This document shows positions 19,330-27,804 of a stretch of 64,000 bases of DNA, piece after piece. Position numbers and translations under genes: made by a program. This DNA comes from Candidatus Nanohaloarchaea archaeon (GTDB lineage Archaea > Nanohalarchaeota > Nanosalinia > Nanosalinales > Nanosalinaceae): contig JACOQA010000004.1 in NCBI GenBank assembly GCA_014297435.1, forward strand, positions 1 through 64,000, read 5' to 3'. The notes beneath the pieces are model-generated. The model was not told where the DNA came from and did not search any database. It was given only the letters and a program-made list of their open reading frames with translations. The number at the start of each line of letters is the position of its first letter. The first letter of the stretch is position 1.

Positions 19330-19403
19330 TTGTGAAGATTACAATAAGTCTTTGTGTAGAAAACACACATAGAATTTTAAATACCTTTTTGTTTTTTCTA
19401 CAA
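19330..19403. promoter_or_regulatory. Three NrtR boxes around the pncB promoter
   Basis: TTGT-GAAGATT-ACAA 19330-19344; TGTGT-AGAAAAC-ACACA 19353-19369; TTGT-TTTTTCT-ACAA 19389-19403; minus-strand TATA at about 19375-19383. Confidence 0.75.
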
Positions 19404-19466
19404 GAAGGGGTTGATCACTTCCCCACTATTTAATTCTTGCCAGAGAAAGGCATAGATAGAAGAAAT

Positions 19467-19572
19467 GGGCCCGTAGCTCAGCCCGGACAGACTCTTGGGT
19501 CTACGAGCTTGGGAGGTCTACAGCGAGCGGCTTCGGACCGCTAGGTCCAGGGTTCAAATCCCTGCGGGTCCG
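19467..19572 (+). tRNA. tRNA-Arg(TCG) with 31-nt non-canonical D-arm intron (19491-19521, position 22/23)
   Basis: Acceptor GGGCCCG/CGGGTCC, anticodon arm AGCGG-CTTCGGA-CCGCT; removing 19491-19521 restores the GCTC/GAGC D-stem; BHB helix GGAC/GTCT with 3-nt bulges AG|A and AC|A. Confidence 0.9.
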
Positions 19573-19762
19573 TCCTCCACACCTATTCATCTTCCAACAC
19601 TAAACCTGTTTTGTTCCTTGAATCCGGTGAAACCCTTGTTTATGAGGTCTCTCCGCCTTGATTTGATTTATAAAGATGAACTCTCCATGGGTACGTGTGT
19701 AGATGAACTGGATGAAGCATTTGAACAAGTTCTTCATCCGTCTCAAAAAGAGGGTGAACCAC

Positions 19763-20971
19763 ATGAGCGAAGAAAATAATAACAACGATGCGGAGCTCGA
19801 ACAGGAAGAGAAAAACCAGGACGAAGGAAAGAAACAGAAGATACAGTTCCCACAGTACTTCCAGAAACAGAACTCAGGGAAAACAAAAAACAACCCGTAC
19901 AGCACCAACCTCAAGACACCGGTACTAAGAGGCGTAGTTGTATCAGAGTTTGACGGCGAAAGAATCTGGGTCGAAGCCTCAGGAAACATGAAAGGACGCT
20001 ACGGAGTCGAAGTACCTTCAGGATACAGCCCCGAAGACTTCACACCGGGAACAGAAGTCGCTCTGGATCCAAACAGCTTCACAGTAACAGATATTGTAGA
20101 AAAAGGAAAAGACGCAGAATTCGACTCTGTTGAAACAGATGTCACCTTCCAGGACGTTGGAGGACTAGACCACATAATCAAATCATTAAAATCCAACGTT
20201 GGAGCCCAGTTGGACGACGATAAACAGAAGAAGATCAAAGAATGGGGTATGGACCTCGACAAATCAATTCTTCTGGTTGGAAGACCGGGAACAGGAAAGA
20301 CCCACCTTGTTAAAGCACTTTCAAACGAGTACGACGCCGACATGTTCATGATCAACGGCCCTCAAATGGTTGAAAAGTTCATCGGAGAAGGAGCCAAGAA
20401 GGTCAAGAGACTTTACGAACAGGCAAGAGCATCAGACAAACCAGCAATCGTATTCATCGACGAAATCGATGCAATCGCAAAGAAAAGGCTGGACGACAGG
20501 AGACACGGCGGGGAAGAAGTCGAAAGAACCATGTCCCAGCTTCTGTCGGAATTGGACGGACTTGACACAGAGTCCGACGCGAACGTAATCTCTGTATTCG
20601 CAACAAACAAGCCAGACATAATGGATCCGGCACTACTCAACAGAACTTCAGCGATCGAAGTACCTGTACCGGAGACAGAGGCGAAAGAAGAAATCCTCAA
20701 GGTCCACTCCAGAAGACTCGACCTTGCGGAAGACGTTGACCTTGAACTGTTGGCAGAACAGCTTGAAGAAGACTTCACAGGAAGAGACATCCAGCAGATC
20801 GTCAAACAGGCAGCAATTAATTCACTTGAGACCGCTGAAGAGGTTGATACTGCAGAGGTTTCGATGAGCGACTTTGAGGAAGCGATCAAAGATCTGAAGG
20901 AAGGCAACCTTGGAACTGAGAAGGACTTCCTAGCCGAAGAGAACATCCATCCGAACGAGATGTTCGCCTAA
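19763..20971 (+). CDS. pan: Proteasome-activating nucleotidase-like AAA+ ATPase
   Basis: OB fold, GRPGTGKT, KFIG pore loop, FIDEID, C-terminal HbYX-like MFA; ATG 5 nt after GGTGA. Confidence 0.75.
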   Translation: MSEENNNNDAELEQEEKNQDEGKKQKIQFPQYFQKQNSGKTKNNPYSTNLKTPVLRGVVVSEFDGERIWVEASGNMKGRYGVEVPSGYSPEDFTPGTEVALDPNSFTVTDIVEKGKDAEFDSVETDVTFQDVGGLDHIIKSLKSNVGAQLDDDKQKKIKEWGMDLDKSILLVGRPGTGKTHLVKALSNEYDADMFMINGPQMVEKFIGEGAKKVKRLYEQARASDKPAIVFIDEIDAIAKKRLDDRRHGGEEVERTMSQLLSELDGLDTESDANVISVFATNKPDIMDPALLNRTSAIEVPVPETEAKEEILKVHSRRLDLAEDVDLELLAEQLEEDFTGRDIQQIVKQAAINSLETAEEVDTAEVSMSDFEEAIKDLKEGNLGTEKDFLAEENIHPNEMFA

Positions 20972-21018
20972 CTCTTCCTCTCTTATTCCATTTAACATTT
21001 TACTTCTATGTTATAACT

Positions 21019-21444
21019 ATGAGTCTTGAAAGAAGGTACGAATCTATACTCCAAAAAGGCACACAATACGTTGAACCCAGATTTCCGGAAGGAATAGATT
21101 CCTTGAACCACACCTACGACTTCTTTCCTACCAACGGTGCTAGACTGGACGAGGTAGGAGAAGAGACCTTTGGCTATGAAGGAATGAGAAGAAGCCTTGA
21201 AACTGAGGGCGATTGGTTCTGGACTTTAGAGTACAACCTTGGCGGCGATGCGGTCGATATAGCTTTTCCTACAGCACAAGACTGGGAACAGGAGGATGAT
21301 GTTCAACTCAACCACTCAATAGCAGTCTATGCGCCAGAAAGAGTAGGTGGTGAAACACTAGAGAACCTGGTTAGAACATTTGAAAATAGATTTCTAGAGA
21401 ACGCCTATGAAAGAGGAGGCTACATTAAAAGATCTAAAAGATAG
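21019..21444 (+). CDS. Hypothetical protein
   Basis: 141-aa acidic ORF. Confidence 0.7.
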   Translation: MSLERRYESILQKGTQYVEPRFPEGIDSLNHTYDFFPTNGARLDEVGEETFGYEGMRRSLETEGDWFWTLEYNLGGDAVDIAFPTAQDWEQEDDVQLNHSIAVYAPERVGGETLENLVRTFENRFLENAYERGGYIKRSKR

Positions 21445-21458
21445 TCTAAGTGATATCT

Positions 21459-21689
21459 ATGCCAGAACTTGACGAGACACTCAACTTAAAGAATGGAGAT
21501 GCAGCAGAACTTTTGAGAGAGCTAGCTGATTCAATCGAAGAAGGCGAGGATCTAAACCTTGAAGGCGATGGATGGAGAGTATTCCAGCCATTCGAAGACG
21601 TGATCCCTGTAAGACTTTACCAAGACAAGGAAAGCCTCGAGTTCATGTTCAAGCTGATTAATCCGGACTCGAACCAGAAAACGCAGTAA
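21459..21689 (+). CDS. Amphi-Trp domain-like small protein
   Basis: DAAELLRELADSIEEG.DLNL pattern. Confidence 0.7.
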   Translation: MPELDETLNLKNGDAAELLRELADSIEEGEDLNLEGDGWRVFQPFEDVIPVRLYQDKESLEFMFKLINPDSNQKTQ

Positions 21690-21690
21690 C

Positions 21691-21951
21691 CTAGGAGAGA
21701 TGTTCAACCAACTTCTCCAGCTTTCTCTCCTTCTCTAAAGTGGAACTTGACATCAAAAATTCTTGGGAAAGCTTGTAGGCATATCCATCGACATCTTCCA
21801 GTTTTGAAATCTTTTTTTCGTCATCCGGAACTTCTTCATCCTTTCTATCATACGCCTGTTTGATTAATTCATCAAGAAGCTGGTTCATAACGTAACGTTT
21901 CTGGCCAACATCATCGATATCCAGTTTCTTCTCAAGTTGCTCAGAGTTCAT
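21691..21951 (-). CDS. Hypothetical protein
   Basis: 86 aa, ATGA overlap with gatB stop. Confidence 0.7.
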   Translation of the reverse strand: MNSEQLEKKLDIDDVGQKRYVMNQLLDELIKQAYDRKDEEVPDDEKKISKLEDVDGYAYKLSQEFLMSSSTLEKERKLEKLVEHLS

Positions 21952-23348
21952 TCTATCTTCTCAAGAATCTTTTCTCTGGCCTCTTTAGGATCGGCTTTCC
22001 CACCTGATTCCTGCATAACCTGACCCACAAGGAAGTTGATTGCACCATCATCCCCGTTTTCATAGTCATCAACGGCATCAGGGTTTTCCTCGATAACCGA
22101 TTCAACCACGGAATCGACTTCGTCATCCCCGGCCTTCAACAGATCCTGTTCCTCCACAACTTCTTCAGGATGTTGAGGATCGTCAACTATAGTTCTAAGC
22201 ACTTCTTCAGCGTTCCTGTCAGAGATATCATCTTTCTCAAGCAGATCGATAACGTACTTCATCCAGGCGGTTTCAAGACCGGCTTCCGCGTAAGAAAGTT
22301 CGTTGTAGTTCAAGGTCTTTTTGAGTTCGCCGGTCATCCAGGAAGCAACCAGTTCAGGATCATGTTCATCCGCCAAGTCTTCGAAATCTTCTGCCAAAGC
22401 TTTCTCAGCTATCAAAGATTCAACAAGCTTCTGCTCAAGCTCGTAGTCCTGTCTGAAACGTATAGCCTTTTCATGAGGAAGCTCCGGAATATCGATTCCT
22501 TGTTCAACCTCATCCAGCTCCTGTCTTGTAAGGTCAGGATCGAAGATGTAGCCGTAGTCCTCCTCGGTTTCTTTCTCTCTCATCTTTCTCGTTATTTGCT
22601 GGTCGGCATCGTATGATCTTGTGTGCTGAGAAACTGTCTTTCCGTTCTCCACAGCTCTCTTCTGTCTTTTAAGCTCGTGTTTCAAAGCGTTCTCTACTTC
22701 GGAAGTGCCGGTAATGTTCTTGACCTCGACTTTTTCTCCTCCATTAATCGAGAGGTTTGCATCGCTCTTAATCGAAAAACTGGATTCAGGATAGTAGACT
22801 TCAAGGTACTGTAGCATCTGTGCCAGCTTCTGTAGATAAGCTCTTGCTTCTTCAGGTGAACGGAAGTCAGGTTCTGTTACAATTTCAAGCAGAGGTGTTC
22901 CGGCCCTGTTGTAATCTACTAAGGAGTAGTCGGAGTCGCCGATATCCCCTCCAACGTGTTCTGTCTTCGCAGGATCCTCCTCAATATGAATCCTCGTAAT
23001 ACCTATGTCTCTCGAACCTTCATCTGTCCCAACCTCGACCTCTCCGTCTTCGCCTACCGGGATCTCATACTGAGTGATCTGGTAGTTCTTCGACATGTCC
23101 GGGTAGAAATAGGTTTTCCTTGAGAAGAAGATATCATCATTTATATCGCAGTTCAAAGACTTAGAGACCTTGACTGCTTCTTCTAGTACTTTCTTGTTCA
23201 GCTGTGGTTTCGAGCCGGGATGTCCGAGACAGATCGGACAGACATGCGTATTTGGTTCTTCTGCTTCTTCATTAGGGCATCCGCAGAAAAGCTTAGTGTT
23301 AGTATCAAGCTGGACATGAGTCTCCAAACCTATTTTTACATCCGTCAT
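21948..23348 (-). CDS. gatB: Asp-tRNA(Asn)/Glu-tRNA(Gln) amidotransferase subunit B
   Basis: IGLETHVQL, KLFCGC, RKTYFYPD, HIEED, DYNRAGTPLLEIVTEPD, FLVGQVM. Confidence 0.97.
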   Translation of the reverse strand: MTDVKIGLETHVQLDTNTKLFCGCPNEEAEEPNTHVCPICLGHPGSKPQLNKKVLEEAVKVSKSLNCDINDDIFFSRKTYFYPDMSKNYQITQYEIPVGEDGEVEVGTDEGSRDIGITRIHIEEDPAKTEHVGGDIGDSDYSLVDYNRAGTPLLEIVTEPDFRSPEEARAYLQKLAQMLQYLEVYYPESSFSIKSDANLSINGGEKVEVKNITGTSEVENALKHELKRQKRAVENGKTVSQHTRSYDADQQITRKMREKETEEDYGYIFDPDLTRQELDEVEQGIDIPELPHEKAIRFRQDYELEQKLVESLIAEKALAEDFEDLADEHDPELVASWMTGELKKTLNYNELSYAEAGLETAWMKYVIDLLEKDDISDRNAEEVLRTIVDDPQHPEEVVEEQDLLKAGDDEVDSVVESVIEENPDAVDDYENGDDGAINFLVGQVMQESGGKADPKEAREKILEKIE

Positions 23349-23383
23349 ACTTGGAACTGGACATGAAACACTTATTTAGGTTT

Positions 23384-24496
23384 TCAGCGCGATCTCTCGT
23401 AAACCATTCCGGACAACTTCCTTAGATCTTCCTCCCATTCAGGATACTCGATTCCTACCTTATCGAGAACATCGTTTGCGGAATCTCTGTGCTCCTTTGC
23501 TAGGTCGTATGCATCATCTACGGCACCTGAATCGATTAAAATATCTCTTGCTTCCTCTAGATTCTGTGCATTTGGTTCTTCAGCTTCTACTACTTCTCTC
23601 AGTCTTCTCCATTCATAATCCTCAGTGTTCTCCAAGCCGTATATAACAGTGATTGCGGGTTTACCTTCAACTAGATCAGATAAAGCATCCTTTCCAAGCT
23701 CTTCATCGGTCTGTGTAACATCAAGTATATCGTCCGTTACCTGAAGCAATAGTCCGAGATGATATGCGTGGTCTTCCGCAAGCTGATACTCATTATTATC
23801 ATCTTTCTCTCTATGACCTGCGGATATAGCACCTGAACGTGCGCCGGCTTTGAACAGAGTGCCGGTTTTCAGGTCCGCCATTCCTTCATACCATGGTACA
23901 GGAGCCTTTTCGGAACCGTTATACGCTATTACTACTTCCTCGTCCCTGAAATCCAGCATAGAAGGTCCTGCCAAATCCTCGGTTTGACCGTTCACCAGGT
24001 AGCCTACAGAGGTCGCAAGGTTCTCCGTCAGATACGACTTGTCTCTTTCAGGCAGGTTGGAACGAGGGATCATCGCGTAAGGCATCGACATCATTTTAGT
24101 AACCTCGTTCATCGTCAGTTCCTCACGCATATCATCAAACCCGTCCAGGAAATCGGAGTTGTGGAAGGTTGTGACTCCTCTGCGGGTTTCATCCCCGTCC
24201 TGGAGATCATCCAGAATAACGGAGATGTTGTGATGAGACTGGTTTGAAGCACCCAGAGTGACATGCTGATTATCGGAGTAGTTGGAGTCAAGGGCTCTGC
24301 TCCAGAGAACAGTGTAAATGTCCCTGGCATGTTTGCTTGGAGCCGTAGAAATATCTATTATTCGTTCATCCATCTTTTCGGAGAGACTGGAGCTGTTAAT
24401 AACATAGTCTCCAACCATTCTCCGGATTTCTTCGTCGACCTCTCCTAGAAATTCGTTCTCAAAGTTTAGCCTATCAACAATACTGGTATCTGGAAT
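23384..24496 (-). CDS. Polyprenyl diphosphate synthase (GGPP synthase-like); start ATT 24496 or ATG 24418
   Basis: FARM LDDLQDGDETRRG, GQ..DL, KTG, SARM QVTDDILD, GK...SDL.EGK; frame stays open upstream to an ATT after SD GGGAGGGGG. Confidence 0.85.
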   Translation of the reverse strand: MPDTSIVDRLNFENEFLGEVDEEIRRMVGDYVINSSSLSEKMDERIIDISTAPSKHARDIYTVLWSRALDSNYSDNQHVTLGASNQSHHNISVILDDLQDGDETRRGVTTFHNSDFLDGFDDMREELTMNEVTKMMSMPYAMIPRSNLPERDKSYLTENLATSVGYLVNGQTEDLAGPSMLDFRDEEVVIAYNGSEKAPVPWYEGMADLKTGTLFKAGARSGAISAGHREKDDNNEYQLAEDHAYHLGLLLQVTDDILDVTQTDEELGKDALSDLVEGKPAITVIYGLENTEDYEWRRLREVVEAEEPNAQNLEEARDILIDSGAVDDAYDLAKEHRDSANDVLDKVGIEYPEWEEDLRKLSGMVYERSR

Positions 24497-24536
24497 AGTT
24501 AACCCCCTCCCGGAAATTAATTGAGGAGGAAGCTAT

Positions 24537-25907
24537 TTATTCTTCGAAAGTTTTGGCAACGTCCAGAATCGTTTGCTCCTCGAAATGGTCTCCTACGATG
24601 TGCAAGCCGGTAGGCATTCCTTCGCTTGTCCCATTCGGCACGGAGATCATCGGAAGACCTGCAAGGTTAGGGCCGACAGTCAAAGTATCCATAGCATAGA
24701 CCTTCTCGGGAGCCATGTCTTCAGCATCTTCTATCTTCGGCGCAATATTAGGCATCGAGGGCGAAACCAGTACATCATACTCCTGGAAAGCTTCTTTGAA
24801 CTGGTTGATGATCTTCTGCCTTACCTCCGCGGCTTTGATGTAGTACTGGTCTCTATAACCTGCCTGTCTTGCATAAGTTCCGATCAGGACTCTTCTCTTA
24901 ACTTCTTCACCAAATCCTTCTGACCGAATCTCAGAGAAATAATCGTTGAAATCTTCAAAGTCTTGAGGATCTTTCTCCAGTCCATAACGCATTCCCGAAT
25001 AACGGGCTAGGTTGGTCGATGCTTCAGCCATAGCAATAATGTAGTATGATGATACCGAGATATCTTTTCTGAGAAGCGGCATATCAACCTTCTCAACTTC
25101 CGCCCCCTTTTCCCTAAGTTTCTCTAAAGATTCTTCGAAGTTCTCCCTAACTCCTTCCTCTAAACCTTCAAGTTCTACGTACTGTTTGGGAACTCCGACC
25201 TTCATCGAATCTCTCTCCTTAAGATTTTCCGCAAAGGCAGGAACCGCTCCCCCAACTGTTGTTTGATCCTTCTCATCGTGACCTGCGATTACTTCAAGTC
25301 CTTTCGCAACGGCGAAGACGGTCTTTGCAAGAACACCTATTTTATCGAGAGAGTTTCCATAATCAACAAGACCATTTCTTGATACCCGCCCATAAGTTGG
25401 AGTTATTCCTACTACGCCGTTGTATGCTGCAGGGTTGGTGATCGATCCTCCTGTGCTTTCTCCGATCGAGATTAACGGTTTGTCCATCGCAGCGACGATC
25501 GCACCGGCGCCGCCAGAACTCCCACCAACAACTCTTTCAGGGTCGTGAGGATTTTTCGGCGTCTCGAACGCACAGTTAGTTGAGAACGTTCCGAACCCGA
25601 ACTCATCCTGGTTAGTCTTTCCGTAGAACGTCGCGCCTTGATCTTTCAAACGTTCGACGACTGTCGCATCGAAAACAGGTTTATAGTCCTCTATAATCTT
25701 TGATCCTGCTGAAGTCACTGTTCCTTCAGTTGCGATCGCGTCCTTCACAACGAAAGGTATTCCGGATAGCTCTCCATCTTTAACTTTGTCAGGATCGATC
25801 GCTCTCATGAATTCGAGTTCTTCACTCTTTTCTTCAAGTTCTTCTTTGAATTCTTCGTGAAAGTTTTCGTCGGCACCGTTCTCGATGAACTCTTTTACCG
25901 TGTTCAT
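24537..25907 (-). CDS. gatA: Amidotransferase subunit A
   Basis: Amidase signature GKTNQDEF, GGSSGG, GESTGGSI, SSYYII..AEASTNLARY; ATG 25907 preferred. Confidence 0.96.
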   Translation of the reverse strand: MNTVKEFIENGADENFHEEFKEELEEKSEELEFMRAIDPDKVKDGELSGIPFVVKDAIATEGTVTSAGSKIIEDYKPVFDATVVERLKDQGATFYGKTNQDEFGFGTFSTNCAFETPKNPHDPERVVGGSSGGAGAIVAAMDKPLISIGESTGGSITNPAAYNGVVGITPTYGRVSRNGLVDYGNSLDKIGVLAKTVFAVAKGLEVIAGHDEKDQTTVGGAVPAFAENLKERDSMKVGVPKQYVELEGLEEGVRENFEESLEKLREKGAEVEKVDMPLLRKDISVSSYYIIAMAEASTNLARYSGMRYGLEKDPQDFEDFNDYFSEIRSEGFGEEVKRRVLIGTYARQAGYRDQYYIKAAEVRQKIINQFKEAFQEYDVLVSPSMPNIAPKIEDAEDMAPEKVYAMDTLTVGPNLAGLPMISVPNGTSEGMPTGLHIVGDHFEEQTILDVAKTFEE

Positions 25908-26019
25908 AAACCGAGATTGGCAGAAGAATCTTAAAAATTCGACTAAAAAAGACATTACGCCGACTTGATCTTTACTACTCAGTAGTAAAACATTTAAAAG
26001 TTTGTTTTCATTAAAATCT

Positions 26020-26397
26020 ATGAGCCAAGACACCATTTTCAACCCCTATAATTTGGCAGATTACTTTGGACGAGAAGTCGGAGAAAGCGTACAAGCAGTA
26101 GGATTCTATACTGAAGATGATCATGAAGTAATCTATGATGGACTCGAAGGCATCGATCTAAGCTCAACTCTGGAAAACCTTAGAGACCAAAACTTGTACG
26201 TAAGAGAAAGAGCCAAAGAACTCGACGACAACGTAAATGCCAGCGTCCATATACTGGAAGATAGATGCGAACTACTTATATTTGGAGAATCAGATACCGA
26301 AGGATTCGTCGCTTATCTCGAACCTGAAGTAAGAGAGGGTTCAAACCTTGACTCTTTCGCTAAAAGATGTACCAGAATACTAAGTGAATCCTACTGA
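26020..26397 (+). CDS. Hypothetical protein
   Basis: Acidic ORF, TATA TTTAAAA about 28 nt before the ATG. Confidence 0.7.
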   Translation: MSQDTIFNPYNLADYFGREVGESVQAVGFYTEDDHEVIYDGLEGIDLSSTLENLRDQNLYVRERAKELDDNVNASVHILEDRCELLIFGESDTEGFVAYLEPEVREGSNLDSFAKRCTRILSESY

Positions 26398-26537
26398 GAC
26401 ATACAATCTTCAAGGTGGAATGTTTCACCGCATTCTTCACATGTTGGGAAAAGAGGGCGATAGCCTTGCCAACTCATCTCTCCGCCACATTCCGGACAAA
26501 GATATTCTTCCGAACTATTCTTTGATTCTTCTGAAAT
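26391..26537 (-). CDS. Small CPxCG zinc-finger protein; start uncertain (ATT 26537 or GTG 26546)
   Basis: YLCPECGGEM...PTCEECG; GGTGA 5 nt before ATT. Confidence 0.7.
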   Translation of the reverse strand: MSEESKNSSEEYLCPECGGEMSWQGYRPLFPTCEECGETFHLEDCMSQ

Positions 26538-27009
26538 TGATATCACCTTTCTCAAAATCGATAATTGCAACGTGAAACTCTTCATCTTGACCGGGAAGCT
26601 TTATTCCCCCGGGATTAAGTTCGATAGCTCCATTACATTCAGAAACCTTTTTTTGATGCGTATGACCTCTGAGAACGTATTCATAGCTTCCTGATTCAAC
26701 TAGTGATTCAACGATCGATTCTTCTGTTCCGTGGTATACTGCGATCTCATTCCCTGATAGTTCAAGTTCCGCTATGTTGTTGTGGAACTCTCCGAACTCT
26801 TCAACTGTCTGCTTTAGATTCCACTCCCCATCGTTGTTTCCTCTTACGGCGATGAAATCAAAGTCTTTGTCGAAAAGTTCAGCGGCGAAAGGCGCTACCA
26901 TGTCTCCACAGTGAACAACTTTATCGACTTTCTCTGATTCAAAATATTCGACCGCCTTCTTCGCGAGTTCAATATTATCATGGGTATCAGAGATGACACC
27001 GATCTTCAT
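26515..27009 (-). CDS. Metallophosphoesterase, YfcE/MJ0936 family
   Basis: ISDTH, HCGD, GNND, YHG, GHTH, NPG. Confidence 0.92.
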   Translation of the reverse strand: MKIGVISDTHDNIELAKKAVEYFESEKVDKVVHCGDMVAPFAAELFDKDFDFIAVRGNNDGEWNLKQTVEEFGEFHNNIAELELSGNEIAVYHGTEESIVESLVESGSYEYVLRGHTHQKKVSECNGAIELNPGGIKLPGQDEEFHVAIIDFEKGDINFRRIKE

Positions 27010-27062
27010 ATTTTAGGGTTTCTTCAGCAGGCTTATTAGATTTGATAGGTTAAACATCACCT

Positions 27063-27347
27063 GTGAGCGATAACAGGTCGATGGCGGTTACGGAAGAACA
27101 GGATGTTAATGAGCTAGATCAAGTTAAGCAGAAGTTGAGATCTGACGCAGCTACAGTGAAGGATATGCCTGAATGGTCAGACGACCAGGTGAGAGTTCTT
27201 TCCTATACTATGTATGAAGATGTGGGCGAATTTGAGGCACTAGGAACTGTCCGTTTAGAAGTGTATAGAGACTACTTTCTGGCCAGAGGCGACGAATATC
27301 TTCTAGAGGATTACTTCAGGCGTTCTGAGATCGCCGGTTCATGCTGA
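27063..27347 (+). CDS. Hypothetical protein
   Basis: 94-aa acidic ORF. Confidence 0.6.
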   Translation: MSDNRSMAVTEEQDVNELDQVKQKLRSDAATVKDMPEWSDDQVRVLSYTMYEDVGEFEALGTVRLEVYRDYFLARGDEYLLEDYFRRSEIAGSC

Positions 27348-27617
27348 TGGACCTTTGAACTTTCCTTCTTCCTCATTTTCTGTGTCTGCGAACACTTGTT
27401 CCTTTGAAAGACTTTCTTCTTTGCTGTCTTCTCTAGTTTCTGTCCCAGTATCTATTGGATGGAATGCTGGCTCAACGTCATCTGTATCAACCTCATCAAG
27501 TTTTTCAAACGTTGATAGAATGTTTTCGAATTCTTCTGCGAACTTTTCGGCTTCTCCCACGTTTAGATTGATTCTGGCGTTATCGGCCACTTCCTTAACA
27601 TCGTCGGTTGATACCAT
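27339..27617 (-). CDS. gatC: Amidotransferase subunit C
   Basis: DVKEVADNARINL...LDEVDTDDVEP...RED...FKGP. Confidence 0.93.
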   Translation of the reverse strand: MVSTDDVKEVADNARINLNVGEAEKFAEEFENILSTFEKLDEVDTDDVEPAFHPIDTGTETREDSKEESLSKEQVFADTENEEEGKFKGPSA

Positions 27618-27804
27618 AGTCAATGATTGTTTCTGAAGTTTTTTGAATCCGGTCTGTTACCTTTGGATGAAGTCCTAGAATCAGTTATTTTCGATAACAT
27701 GAACAGTCATAAACGATTGTGAACTATGCCTGTTCATCGCCAGCGAACACCGAACATAGCACCGAAAAAGGCAAACATTTATAAACTAGTCTTAGAAATG
27801 TTAG

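Noticed and set aside
19491-19521. TTGGG occurs twice in the tRNA-Arg intron, like the array loops
   Set aside because: Here the motifs form the intron stem and lack the final C; likely coincidence
15216-19572. Integrated element bounded by two tRNA-Arg genes
   Set aside because: Both are complete tRNAs of different isoacceptors; no integrase or duplicated att fragment was seen
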